44,386 bases of DNA from a virus (Duplodnaviria > Heunggongvirae > Uroviricota > Caudoviricetes): the IMG/VR virus record IMGVR_UViG_3300026737_000001. One strand, written 5' to 3'. How positions within the stretch are numbered: the first letter of the stretch is position 1; each line of letters opens with the position of its first letter. Of this stretch, positions 1 to 8,740 are shown piece after piece. Below the pieces are notes generated by a model. The model worked only from the letters and a program-made list of their open reading frames with translations, did not search any database and was not told where the DNA came from. A program made the position numbers and the translations under genes.

Positions 1-2
1 GT

Positions 3-347
3 TCAAACAAAGATGAGTTTATTTCAGTCAGCACAAAACATGCTTCAAACAGGATTTATTTCAACTCTGCTTTAGTCAAAAATTATTTTATAGACTGTCC
101 TGGCTATCTGCGTTTTGGCTTTTATGACAATCGTTATCTTATCTTGGAATGTACTAACTCCAATGATGAGCTTGGCTACCCTGCCAAAAAACAAGGAAAT
201 AAAACTAGCGAATCTAAAGTCGTTATTTCAAGCCCACTTGTAGAAAAGATAACAGAAATTTCAGGACAAAAAGACAATATAGTAAAAAGATACAAAGCTT
301 CTTTTAATGAAGAACACAATTTAGTTTACGTTGATTTAAAGCAGTAA
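3..347 (+). CDS. 5'-truncated hypothetical protein (frame is open from the window edge)
   Basis: The frame of track ORF 144..347 has no stop back to base 3 (SNKDEFISVSTKHASNRIYFNSALVKNYF...). It resembles the ORF at 30670..31023. Confidence 0.7.
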   Translation, partial: SNKDEFISVSTKHASNRIYFNSALVKNYFIDCPGYLRFGFYDNRYLILECTNSNDELGYPAKKQGNKTSESKVVISSPLVEKITEISGQKDNIVKRYKASFNEEHNLVYVDLKQ

Positions 348-348
348 G

Positions 349-380
349 AAAAAGCCCGGTTTTATCCGGGCCATTTTTTT
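349..380. terminator. Bidirectional intrinsic terminator between convergent genes
   Basis: GCCCGG/CCGGGC stem with an A-tract on the left and a T-tract on the right. It lies between the stop at 347 (+) and the stop at 379 (-). Confidence 0.85.
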
Positions 381-672
381 ATTTATTTCCAAAGTCTGGT
401 CTAATTATTTTGCCATTTCCTTTTTTCTTTTTGTCTACAGCATCTTCAGGCACAAATAACTTGCTGCCCTTTTTATTCTCCTCAGCTTCCTGCATTCTCA
501 TGTACTGTTCAACTTGGAATTGGTAATTTTGATATAATGATAGCAGTAAAACTGTATCATAAATTTCTTCATCAAAATTTTCTGAGCCAATACCAACATC
601 ATCAAGCCACATCTTAAAACCCTCAAGTGCCTCTTTTTTTACATCTTCTTTTTCAACTTTTTCGTTATTCAT
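379..672 (-). CDS. Hypothetical protein
   Basis: Track ORF; likely start is the ATG at 672 (MNNEK) after a GAGG RBS. Confidence 0.7.
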   Translation of the reverse strand: MNNEKVEKEDVKKEALEGFKMWLDDVGIGSENFDEEIYDTVLLLSLYQNYQFQVEQYMRMQEAEENKKGSKLFVPEDAVDKKKKGNGKIIRPDFGNK

Positions 673-868
673 TATTAAGTAGTTCCTCTCTTGTATATTT
701 TTTGCCGCAGTCGGCACATACTAAAACTGTTTTTTTATTTAAAACTCTTGATTGAGCTGTAGGATAATCAAGCCCAACATCTTTAGCAATCAAGTAAATT
801 TCATCAAATTTAAAGTAAGGATAGTTACAATTTGGACATCTAAAAAATTCATCACCGTATTTAGCCAT
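665..868 (-). CDS. Small zinc-ribbon protein
   Basis: CPNC...CADC motifs. Confidence 0.7.
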   Translation of the reverse strand: MAKYGDEFFRCPNCNYPYFKFDEIYLIAKDVGLDYPTAQSRVLNKKTVLVCADCGKKYTREELLNNE

Positions 869-869
869 T

Positions 870-1400
870 TTAATCTTCCTTTTCTAGTCTGTTTATTTTT
901 TCTTCTAGGTATTTTACTTTATGAAGTAGTTCTAATAAGTACTCGTATTTTGTAGAAAAATACACCTCCTCCATATCATAATCACTTTCTCCCTCAACAT
1001 TGAATCCATATATTAAAATAGGTATTAAACCATGATTAAAGGCTTCGTCTTCAATTTGGTCATGCCATTCTTTTTTAATTGTTATTTGTTTTTTGCCACC
1101 TGATTTAACGTTTTTTTCTTTGCATTCAATTAATGTGTGCACAGTTTTAACATCGCCCTCAAGACCTGTTATTCCTCCAGATAGGGGCATTCTTTTAGCC
1201 ATGTACTGATTATACTCTGTTCTTACTTTTTCCTCTAAACCCATCCCTTTCTTCTTTTTAGAGGGCGTTTTATACTTACTCATTGAGTTGTAGTTTTTAT
1301 ATTTAACTTCTTTATATTGAGAGCGTCCATCACAAAAAAGACATCTTTCATTTGCATTTTTACAATGAGCTGCTTTTTCGCAGTCATCCACATCCATCAT
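870..1400 (-). CDS. Holliday-junction-resolvase-like PD-(D/E)XK nuclease
   Basis: G..LE...R.P.SG....GDV....IECK pattern typical of Hjc-like resolvases, with an N-terminal Cys cluster. Confidence 0.6.
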   Translation of the reverse strand: MMDVDDCEKAAHCKNANERCLFCDGRSQYKEVKYKNYNSMSKYKTPSKKKKGMGLEEKVRTEYNQYMAKRMPLSGGITGLEGDVKTVHTLIECKEKNVKSGGKKQITIKKEWHDQIEDEAFNHGLIPILIYGFNVEGESDYDMEEVYFSTKYEYLLELLHKVKYLEEKINRLEKED

Positions 1401-1412
1401 TTTATCCCCACC

Positions 1413-1709
1413 TTAATCCGGCAATATAGTTATTACATAGTTATAAAACTCAGGCATCACAACAGCTTTAAAGTCCTTTGTTATAACTAAAAGAGAGCCG
1501 TCTCTTTGCTCGATTATTTTCTCTCTTCTTTTTTTGATTGACTTAATTATTTTCTGATTTAAGGTATGCTTACCCATATTTTTAATCTTTTTATTTCCTA
1601 TATATTCATTACCATGCCTATCTTTGAATCTATCTCTAGCATGCTTTCTTACTTTAAACTTACCCTTTAAACTTTTGTTGTAACATCTGTATCCCACAAA
1701 CGACATCAA
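1413..1709 (-). CDS. Basic hypothetical protein (DUF4258-like HAxxR motif)
   Basis: KVRKHARDRFKDR motif; the family resemblance is weak. Confidence 0.5.
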   Translation of the reverse strand: MMSFVGYRCYNKSLKGKFKVRKHARDRFKDRHGNEYIGNKKIKNMGKHTLNQKIIKSIKKRREKIIEQRDGSLLVITKDFKAVVMPEFYNYVITILPD

Positions 1710-1715
1710 CCTCCT

Positions 1716-2225
1716 TTAAGCACTTGCTCCATAACCTGATATAATCTGTGACTCAATCTTACCTGCACCAATATCAGTATTAAGCGCATCTCTTTTAGCT
1801 TTAATAGTTGCTATTACAAAGTCTCTAAAGAAATAATATCTTTCTCTAATTCTATTTCTAATCTCAATTAAGTTCTGAGCGTCATCTCTTTCTGTCCCGT
1901 AAGGATAATAAATCAGCATCTTATATGCTCGTGACTTTCTCTCTTCAGGATTGTTGCCTTTATCCCGATAGACATACTTAACTGCATCAATATAATCTTC
2001 CATATTCTCATACATTGCTCTGTATTTACTAAAAAGATACGAAGCCTCACTGTGCAGTAAATCCAGTTCGTACTCAGCCTTTACTATCATCTCTGGCGAA
2101 GAAGCCAGGTCTTTAGGGAGAGTTACATTCTTTATTTTTTTCTCCCATAACTTTCTGGCCTCTTTCCATTTTCTTTCGTTAAAATCATCAATTGTTACTG
2201 GTATATTAATTTTACCCACCTCCAC
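1716..2225 (-). CDS. Helical hypothetical protein
   Basis: Track ORF whose start overlaps the primase stop. Confidence 0.7.
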   Translation of the reverse strand: MEVGKINIPVTIDDFNERKWKEARKLWEKKIKNVTLPKDLASSPEMIVKAEYELDLLHSEASYLFSKYRAMYENMEDYIDAVKYVYRDKGNNPEERKSRAYKMLIYYPYGTERDDAQNLIEIRNRIRERYYFFRDFVIATIKAKRDALNTDIGAGKIESQIISGYGASA

Positions 2226-3453
2226 TTACTGAAGCAGCTTTTTTCTTTAAAGCGTCAATACTTATACCCAAGCTATTAGATAATGAACTCAGCGCTATTT
2301 CTGTCTCAATTCTATCCAGCCTATCTCCAAAAGTTTCTGCAACATTTTCTATTGCTTTTCTTTGAGCTTCATTTACTTCTAAATTAAACTCTTCTAAATA
2401 TTTATTTGCATAAAACTGCTCTGGGGTTTTTGCATTTTTAAGAATCCAGTCTTTAAATTTAGCTCCCATAATATTTGCCATATCATCAGGGTCCATATTA
2501 TTTTTGCAGTGAACTATCTTCAGTAGTATGTTTTGTTTATCGAACAAATCTAAACTACGATGTATAGCTTTAACTCCGGAATCGTCTCCGTCAAGAAACA
2601 GTATTATATTTTTTGTAAAGCGACTCATTAATTTTATCTGTTCTTCTGTAATCGCAATTCCCATTGATGCGACTACATTTTCAACCCCGACTTTATGAGC
2701 TGAAGCAACATCCATATATCCCTCAAACCAGATTACAAAGTTGTTTGTCCTGATTGACTTTTTCGCAAGGTCTAGGCCATATATTAATTTCTTTTTCTTA
2801 AATAAAGGATTCTTAGTCTTGCTGCTGTTTACATACTTTGCATATTTACCTTCGTCTTTAGGTAAACTCCTGCCTGAAAACCCACAGATTTCTCCATAGT
2901 GGTTGAATACAGGAAATATAATACGGTTTGTAAACTTCTTATATTCATCATCATTTAGAAAATCTTCGTTACAATAGCCAAGTTTATATTTATCTATAAC
3001 CTCTTTAGTTAATCCTCTTTCGTTCATCAAGTAATCTTTGGCAAAAGAGTATTCTTTTTTATTCATCAGATTATTATAAAAAACTCTTGCCTTCTGCATC
3101 ATATCTTCTCTTTGGCTTCTTACCCTTTTAAACTTCTCATTTTCTTCAGATGGTATTTCAAGTCCAGCCCTTTCTGCAAGTTTTATAACTGCTTCTGGAA
3201 AACTTAGACCTTCCATCTGTTCAAGTAGAGCTATGGAATCCATAATGTTTGTGTCACAACCAAAACAATAGGCAGAATCATTATCGAAAATTGTCATTGA
3301 TGGTGTCTTTTTATCCTCATGATTAGGGAGTGGGCAGTTACATTTATACCTACCACCCTCCCCTTTTCTTTCAATGTTTGTATATTCAGACATAGTTTCT
3401 ATTAGAGGATTAGCTCTTTTAACTTCATTTATAAATTCATCATCGAAGTGCAT
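2212..3453 (-). CDS. dnaG: DNA primase (CHC2 zinc finger + TOPRIM)
   Basis: CPLPNHEDKKTPS...CFGC; RIIFPVFN; GFSGR; KYVNS; FEGYMDV; FLDGDDSG; DPDD. Confidence 0.95.
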   Translation of the reverse strand: MHFDDEFINEVKRANPLIETMSEYTNIERKGEGGRYKCNCPLPNHEDKKTPSMTIFDNDSAYCFGCDTNIMDSIALLEQMEGLSFPEAVIKLAERAGLEIPSEENEKFKRVRSQREDMMQKARVFYNNLMNKKEYSFAKDYLMNERGLTKEVIDKYKLGYCNEDFLNDDEYKKFTNRIIFPVFNHYGEICGFSGRSLPKDEGKYAKYVNSSKTKNPLFKKKKLIYGLDLAKKSIRTNNFVIWFEGYMDVASAHKVGVENVVASMGIAITEEQIKLMSRFTKNIILFLDGDDSGVKAIHRSLDLFDKQNILLKIVHCKNNMDPDDMANIMGAKFKDWILKNAKTPEQFYANKYLEEFNLEVNEAQRKAIENVAETFGDRLDRIETEIALSSLSNSLGISIDALKKKAASVSGGG

Positions 3454-3467
3454 TCAGTCACCCCCTA

Positions 3468-3821
3468 TTAGTAATTTTTTCTCATAAATTCTGCTAAATA
3501 GTATTTTTCATCTTCATAATCAAAGTAGGCGTAAGCTTCTCCTTCGTTGCCATATTCCCACTCTTCGTCGTAAAAAATTTCAGCTTCTTCGATATCCTTA
3601 CTGCCGCTATCCCAAACTTCCTGTACAAATACTCCATCACCAGATTTATTAACCAGGATAACCATACCACCAAAATTGCTCTGTGTCAAATAGGCAGTGT
3701 TTTCTATATCATCAAGTGTATCTAGTTTTTTTCTTTCCATAATTTCTTTTAATTCTTCTAAATCAAATGCTATTACTGTTGCTCCCATATTAATTTTCAC
3801 CCCTTTTATTTTTGTTGTCAA
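3468..3821 (-). CDS. Acidic hypothetical protein
   Basis: Track ORF in the operon orientation. Confidence 0.65.
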   Translation of the reverse strand: MTTKIKGVKINMGATVIAFDLEELKEIMERKKLDTLDDIENTAYLTQSNFGGMVILVNKSGDGVFVQEVWDSGSKDIEEAEIFYDEEWEYGNEGEAYAYFDYEDEKYYLAEFMRKNY

Positions 3822-4035
3822 CTACTTTTTGCGCTTCTTCTTTAGATTTATAAACCTCATCCCAATCAAGGTTTATATATTCATCCATTTTGCCTAACTC
3901 AACATGCCAGCCTCCGAAAGAACATTCTCCAAACTCAGCCTTTTTTAAAAAATCATTAACCTCTTCTTTGCTGTGTTCTCCGATATCCATTAATCCATAG
4001 CTTTTACATTTGCTGCACTGACCTACTATAAACAT
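3790..4035 (-). CDS. Small Cys-containing hypothetical protein
   Basis: CSKC motif and a GGAGGG RBS. Confidence 0.65.
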   Translation of the reverse strand: MFIVGQCSKCKSYGLMDIGEHSKEEVNDFLKKAEFGECSFGGWHVELGKMDEYINLDWDEVYKSKEEAQKVVDNKNKRGEN

Positions 4036-4237
4036 ATATATATCCCTCCTTTTTTTATTCTTTAATTCTTTTCATGACTTCTTCTTTACAGTATCTTAGT
4101 TCTCTATAGGATTTTTTAGTGTTTTTTATATATGCTTCTCCTGCTAAACTTTCAAATACTTCCAGTAATCTTTCGTTAGAAAGTTTGCTAATCCACTTTT
4201 TAGTGATTCTTTCGCTCATCTTGTACCCCCTTATTTC

Positions 4238-4260
4238 GGGGGCACAAGGCCCCCTTTTTT
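4238..4260 (+). terminator. GC hairpin with a T-tract on the plus strand (antisense-oriented terminator or RNA-stabilising hairpin)
   Basis: GGGGGC-acaag-GCCCCC-TTTTTT, overlapping the dut stop. Confidence 0.5.
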
Positions 4261-4756
4261 ACTGTTTACCTGTTGAACCTATTCCGCCCCTATTCTCATT
4301 TTCTAAATCTTCAACAATCTTAAAATTAATATCAGGCATCTTTTTATTGATTCTAAATTGACAGACCCTGTCATTTTTAGATATTTTTCCATCTTTTAAT
4401 GCATATCCCATAAATATCCATTGGTCATTATTTCCATTATAGCTTTCGTCTATAATCCCAAAATGGTTGAGCTGTATTAATCCGTAGTGTTTAAATGTGC
4501 TGCTTCTTGGCACTGCATTAGCTTCATAACCTTTAGGAAGCTCCATTGCTACTCCCAAACCTATTTTTAACACATCACCTTTTTTAAAACTTAACTCTTT
4601 TCCTTTGGGGTCTGCTTTACTTATTTCAACAAAAGACTTCTTATTCCTGCTTAATTTGACTGAGCTGACTCTCAAATCAACCCAGTCACCATGCTCTACT
4701 TTTTTTAATTTATCTATATTTTTATCTAAATACTTTATTTTAATTTCCTCTGACAA
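4259..4756 (-). CDS. dut: Trimeric dUTPase
   Basis: GDWVDLR; PRSS; GIIDESYNG; RVCQF; C-terminal RGGIGSTG (motifs I-V). Confidence 0.95.
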   Translation of the reverse strand: MSEEIKIKYLDKNIDKLKKVEHGDWVDLRVSSVKLSRNKKSFVEISKADPKGKELSFKKGDVLKIGLGVAMELPKGYEANAVPRSSTFKHYGLIQLNHFGIIDESYNGNNDQWIFMGYALKDGKISKNDRVCQFRINKKMPDINFKIVEDLENENRGGIGSTGKQ

Positions 4757-4758
4757 GA

Positions 4759-5343
4759 TTAGCCAGCCTCCTTGATTTTTTGCATTTTGTTTTTGGTGTA
4801 AATTCTTATAGCAAGTGACTTTTTAGCAATTACATAAGTTTCAATAGTTTTTGCCAAAATTACAGCCTGTTTAGGACTGATAGAAAACTTAACTTCATCA
4901 ATAGGGTTGCCAGAAGGTTTAATCTCTCCTCTATTTCCTACACTACCTCTTCCAATACTGATTTTAAAGTCAAACCAGCCACCTTTGTTAACACCTATTG
5001 TTAACTTTCTGGATTCCACTCCGTTTACTAAAGGCTGCATTTCCTTACCTTTAAGCTGTTCAGCTAAACCTCTTTTTTTGCTGCCCCCGTAAAATTCATG
5101 CCAGCCAATTGTTTTTGAATAATTGCCGGTTAATATCTGTGATAGACAGCCGTTAAGTTCATCTGCATCCACAAATACAGGATATCTTTTTACAGCTGTG
5201 TTGCTTTTATTATACTGAACATATTCAAGCTTAAAACTGTTGTAATCCTGCACATCCCACTCATCATTGGTTATATCTTTAACAACCAGCATCTCGCCTC
5301 TTTTGTCCATCTTGTGTATTACATTATTATAATAATCACTCAT
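4759..5343 (-). CDS. Hypothetical protein
   Basis: 194-aa track ORF with a GGAGG RBS. Confidence 0.75.
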   Translation of the reverse strand: MSDYYNNVIHKMDKRGEMLVVKDITNDEWDVQDYNSFKLEYVQYNKSNTAVKRYPVFVDADELNGCLSQILTGNYSKTIGWHEFYGGSKKRGLAEQLKGKEMQPLVNGVESRKLTIGVNKGGWFDFKISIGRGSVGNRGEIKPSGNPIDEVKFSISPKQAVILAKTIETYVIAKKSLAIRIYTKNKMQKIKEAG

Positions 5344-5375
5344 TTATATAACCCTCCTTTTTATTAATAAATCTG

Positions 5376-5645
5376 TCATGCTGCTTTTGAATTTAAAGCC
5401 AAAACTTTATAAACAAAATATTGATTAAGCAGTTCTTCTTGTTTTCTCTCTTTATAAAGTCTAATTTCGAACTCGGTTTCTTCTTCATTCCAGCTTAGTA
5501 CATCATAACTTTCCAAATCAAAAGCCTCCATAAATGAATCAATTGCATTATCAGGATTTTCAGCTAAAACAGAATAATTATAACATCCTAAATCATAACC
5601 TCCAACCTCATATAGAAATGAAAATTCATACATTTCTTTCTTCAT
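5376..5645 (-). CDS. Acidic hypothetical protein
   Basis: Track ORF with a GGGGG RBS. Confidence 0.65.
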   Translation of the reverse strand: MKKEMYEFSFLYEVGGYDLGCYNYSVLAENPDNAIDSFMEAFDLESYDVLSWNEEETEFEIRLYKERKQEELLNQYFVYKVLALNSKAA

Positions 5646-5827
5646 CTTTAATACCCCCTTTTAAAATATATCTTTATTTAATTCTTCGACTATATGGTCA
5701 AGAGCATCATCTAATCTTGTGTTATGCTCTTCCTGAATACTTTTAATAAGAAAATCCTCATCTTCTTCAACGTCAGGATAAAAAAGAATTTCTTCTTTAA
5801 TATTGTCTCCAAACATAAAATTACCTC

Positions 5828-6019
5828 CTAGTTAAACTCAGAGCTTACAACTTCATCAATTTCTTCGTTTACTATCTGTATTGCATACCCCATATTGGCA
5901 TTCTCAACAGCAGAAACTGCTCTTTCAATATTGTCCTCTGTTAATTCAATTTCATTGTCCTCCATTGCTCCTAGAACATCATCTTCTGTCCAAATTAAAC
6001 ATCCTACCTGTTTACTCAT
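5828..6019 (-). CDS. Small acidic hypothetical protein
   Basis: Track ORF with a GGAGG RBS. Confidence 0.65.
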   Translation of the reverse strand: MSKQVGCLIWTEDDVLGAMEDNEIELTEDNIERAVSAVENANMGYAIQIVNEEIDEVVSSEFN

Positions 6020-6034
6020 GATTTATTCCTCCTT

Positions 6035-6226
6035 TTAATAATTCTCATTGTTTATTAAGGTTTCTAATCTCCAACCTGTTAAATCCATCATCAGCTCATC
6101 CACAACTGCTTTTTTATCAGAGTTAAGTTCGTTATAAAAATCTGTGATATAAATTTCTTTTTTGTCACTTGATACATCATCATTGTTTATAGCATCAACA
6201 ATTCTATCAATTAAATTTTCTTCCAT
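6035..6226 (-). CDS. Small acidic hypothetical protein
   Basis: Likely start is the ATG at 6226 (MEENL) after a GGAGG RBS. Confidence 0.65.
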   Translation of the reverse strand: MEENLIDRIVDAINNDDVSSDKKEIYITDFYNELNSDKKAVVDELMMDLTGWRLETLINNENY

Positions 6227-6227
6227 T

Positions 6228-7844
6228 TTATGCCTCCTTTTTACCTGGTTTAAATAAATCTCTGACCTCACTTTTGTGAATAGTTAAACCACAGCTTTTA
6301 TGCTCAGGACAGTAACCTATAACCTGACATTTAGGCTTGATATATTCTCCAAAGATAGGCCATTTGGCCACAACCTGGTTTCTCATCTGCCAGACAATAT
6401 CTCTTATTTCCCACTGAGCTCTGGTACATAACCTTTCTTTTGCTAAATCCATAAGTGAATGAAGGTTAATCATTACATCTATTTCTGTTTCAGTTGAATT
6501 TGGAAGTATAAATCTTGCGTCTTCTTTTGGTATCCCCATTTCAACAAATTGATTATATAAATCATGGAGCTTAGAAATCATTTCATCATATTCATAGTGA
6601 GTAAAACTCTCTTTTTTGATGGTATCTGGTGTTACATAACCAAAACCATCCTCATTTACATAGCGCTGTGAACGCTGAGAATTGTGTACAACAAAACCAT
6701 TAGCTATAAAATTATGATGTGGATTTTTCATTTCTAAATCATAAGTCATTTCTTTTCCTGAATATTCAATGCTTTTAATTTCTGAAAGTCTTATTTGTTT
6801 AACTTTTACTCCATAATGCTGGACTGCGTGGCATGTTCTACAAAGCTCTATTAAATTATCATCTGAATCATTTGAAGGGTTTTTATCTATATGATGAACT
6901 TCGGTAAATTTAGTTTCTTTATCGCAAATTTCACATTTATATTTTCTATCAAAATGCCTCTGGACACGAGTATATCCACCAGTATTTTTGATATTATTTC
7001 CTTTCCATTGATGATTTTTTTCTCCTACAAATTTTTCACCTTTTTTATAATTAGGGTTATTTTCTCCTTTTAATTTTTCAGAGCTTATTTTCATTGGTTT
7101 ATAATTATCTTTTGTTTTTCCTTTATTTGGCGGCTCAACACCTAAAGACCAACTTCCTAACTCTTTTTGTAAATTATATTTTCTAATCCATTTCCTAATA
7201 GTGTGATGAGAACAGTTACATAAAGTGGCAATCTTTTTTTGTGATAAATTTTCTTTGTGATATTTTTTTTCTAACCAGTTTTTATCCATATATAATGGCT
7301 CTCCATTTGTGTAAATTATATCTCCTTCTTTTATGTTTTTTAATCTTTTCCAGCCGTTATCTGTTAAAAATTTATGCTCTTTTGTAGATTTTATACTATA
7401 ACCATCTTTTGTTTTTACAGTATAAACATCTTTTATACCAGATTTTATTATGGATATTGGTTTATTTTTAGTAATTATTTTATTTTCTTCATCAACACAT
7501 CTTACGTTTGTGTGTTTTAATCCATTAATTGTAGTATTATAGAGTTCTTTGAGTGTCTTAGGATGTACACTACCATTTTGATAGTCTGAATATATTCTTG
7601 TATCACCACTTAAACAAAAACTTACCCCCGCTCTTTTTCTTACAAGCTGATGAGAAAACACTCTGCTTCCCTTTTTGATATTAAAATGAAAAGCTGCAAA
7701 CTCAGCCATAGAATTATGTCCTGAATTCAATACATTTCTGACTAGCTCTTTTGTCGGTTCCGAATCATAGCAACGACTGGCAGCCATCGCTATACTCATT
7801 ACTGGATTATTTGATGTTCCTTCCTCTAATAAGGTCACCTTCAT
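6228..7844 (-). CDS. thyX: Flavin-dependent thymidylate synthase interrupted by an intein
   Basis: After intein removal the exteins read SRVFSHQLVRKRAGVSF|SQRSQRYV...EDARFILPN...RLCTRAQWEIR...CPEHKSCG. Confidence 0.93.
   Translation of the reverse strand: MKVTLLEEGTSNNPVMSIAMAASRCYDSEPTKELVRNVLNSGHNSMAEFAAFHFNIKKGSRVFSHQLVRKRAGVSFCLSGDTRIYSDYQNGSVHPKTLKELYNTTINGLKHTNVRCVDEENKIITKNKPISIIKSGIKDVYTVKTKDGYSIKSTKEHKFLTDNGWKRLKNIKEGDIIYTNGEPLYMDKNWLEKKYHKENLSQKKIATLCNCSHHTIRKWIRKYNLQKELGSWSLGVEPPNKGKTKDNYKPMKISSEKLKGENNPNYKKGEKFVGEKNHQWKGNNIKNTGGYTRVQRHFDRKYKCEICDKETKFTEVHHIDKNPSNDSDDNLIELCRTCHAVQHYGVKVKQIRLSEIKSIEYSGKEMTYDLEMKNPHHNFIANGFVVHNSQRSQRYVNEDGFGYVTPDTIKKESFTHYEYDEMISKLHDLYNQFVEMGIPKEDARFILPNSTETEIDVMINLHSLMDLAKERLCTRAQWEIRDIVWQMRNQVVAKWPIFGEYIKPKCQVIGYCPEHKSCGLTIHKSEVRDLFKPGKKEA
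6681..7616 (-). mobile_element. Intein (312 aa) with HTH and HNH endonuclease domains, in thyX
   Basis: Starts CLSGDT, ends HHNFIANGFVVHN, +1 Ser. Internal CEIC...EVHHIDKNPSND...NLIELCRTCH. Confidence 0.92.
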
Positions 7845-8104
7845 TATTTTAAAACCACCTTTTCTAAATTTGCTGTTATATAATATTCTGTGTCATTGGA
7901 TACTTCATGCTCAAAACTAGTCTTGCAATTTGTACAGTAAACTTCTTCATCTAAGATGTCCACAGTTTCTTTGTGTTCATAAAACTCCATTTCTACAACC
8001 CTTGGTGAATCCTGACTTTCATGACCCATTGAGTAAACTGTTGATTCTTCTGTGATTCTTTCAGTTACAATTTCTCCCTTTTGGCATACTGGACATTCTA
8101 CCAT
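7844..8104 (-). CDS. Zinc-ribbon protein
   Basis: CPVC...CTNC; TAATG coupling to thyX. Confidence 0.7.
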   Translation of the reverse strand: MVECPVCQKGEIVTERITEESTVYSMGHESQDSPRVVEMEFYEHKETVDILDEEVYCTNCKTSFEHEVSNDTEYYITANLEKVVLK

Positions 8105-8120
8105 TTAATCTCCCCCTTTT

Positions 8121-8735
8121 TTATTTGAAATAAAATGCAAATTCCTTTTTTTTATTAAAACCAATAAGCTCTAAATCTCTTTTAATGTTGAAGCTTTCTT
8201 TTAAGCTGTTTATTTTTTGGCCAGAAATTTCTTCTATTAACTTGATATCTTTTTTATCCATGTAATCAGCATTAAAATGAACCTTCTTTGATATTATATT
8301 TTCTTTATCATAATCAATAGAGAATGCGTAAATAAAATTTTCATATTTTTCCCTTTTAAATACAGATTTAATATCTTTATAAAACTCATAATCAAAGTTT
8401 CTAAGTGTGATAAATGCGTTTTTGGAATAATAAAATGAAAATAGGTCTTTGTTTACCGAAAATAAATATTTCTGACCTCTTAATCCATATTTGAAAAATT
8501 CTTTCTCTATTTCTAAATTACTTACTGGATGTAGATAGTACACCTCACCATTTGAATTAAATATGTGAGGTATACCATACTTTTACCAATTCCAATTTAA
8601 TTTACTATCTATAATTCTATTTATTTGAGATTTAACATCCTGTTTGTTGTTTGTGTCTCTGTACAAAATATAGTTTTTACTTTTTTTATTTTTTTTTATT
8701 TTCACATCAAACTCTTTTACACTAAACAAAATATC
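8121..8735 (-). pseudogene. Apparently interrupted hypothetical gene (intact 3' part is 8121..8543)
   Basis: Coding-like frames upstream of 8543 are broken by a frame change in an A-run and by an in-frame TAA near 8584. Confidence 0.4.
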
Positions 8736-8740
8736 AACTC

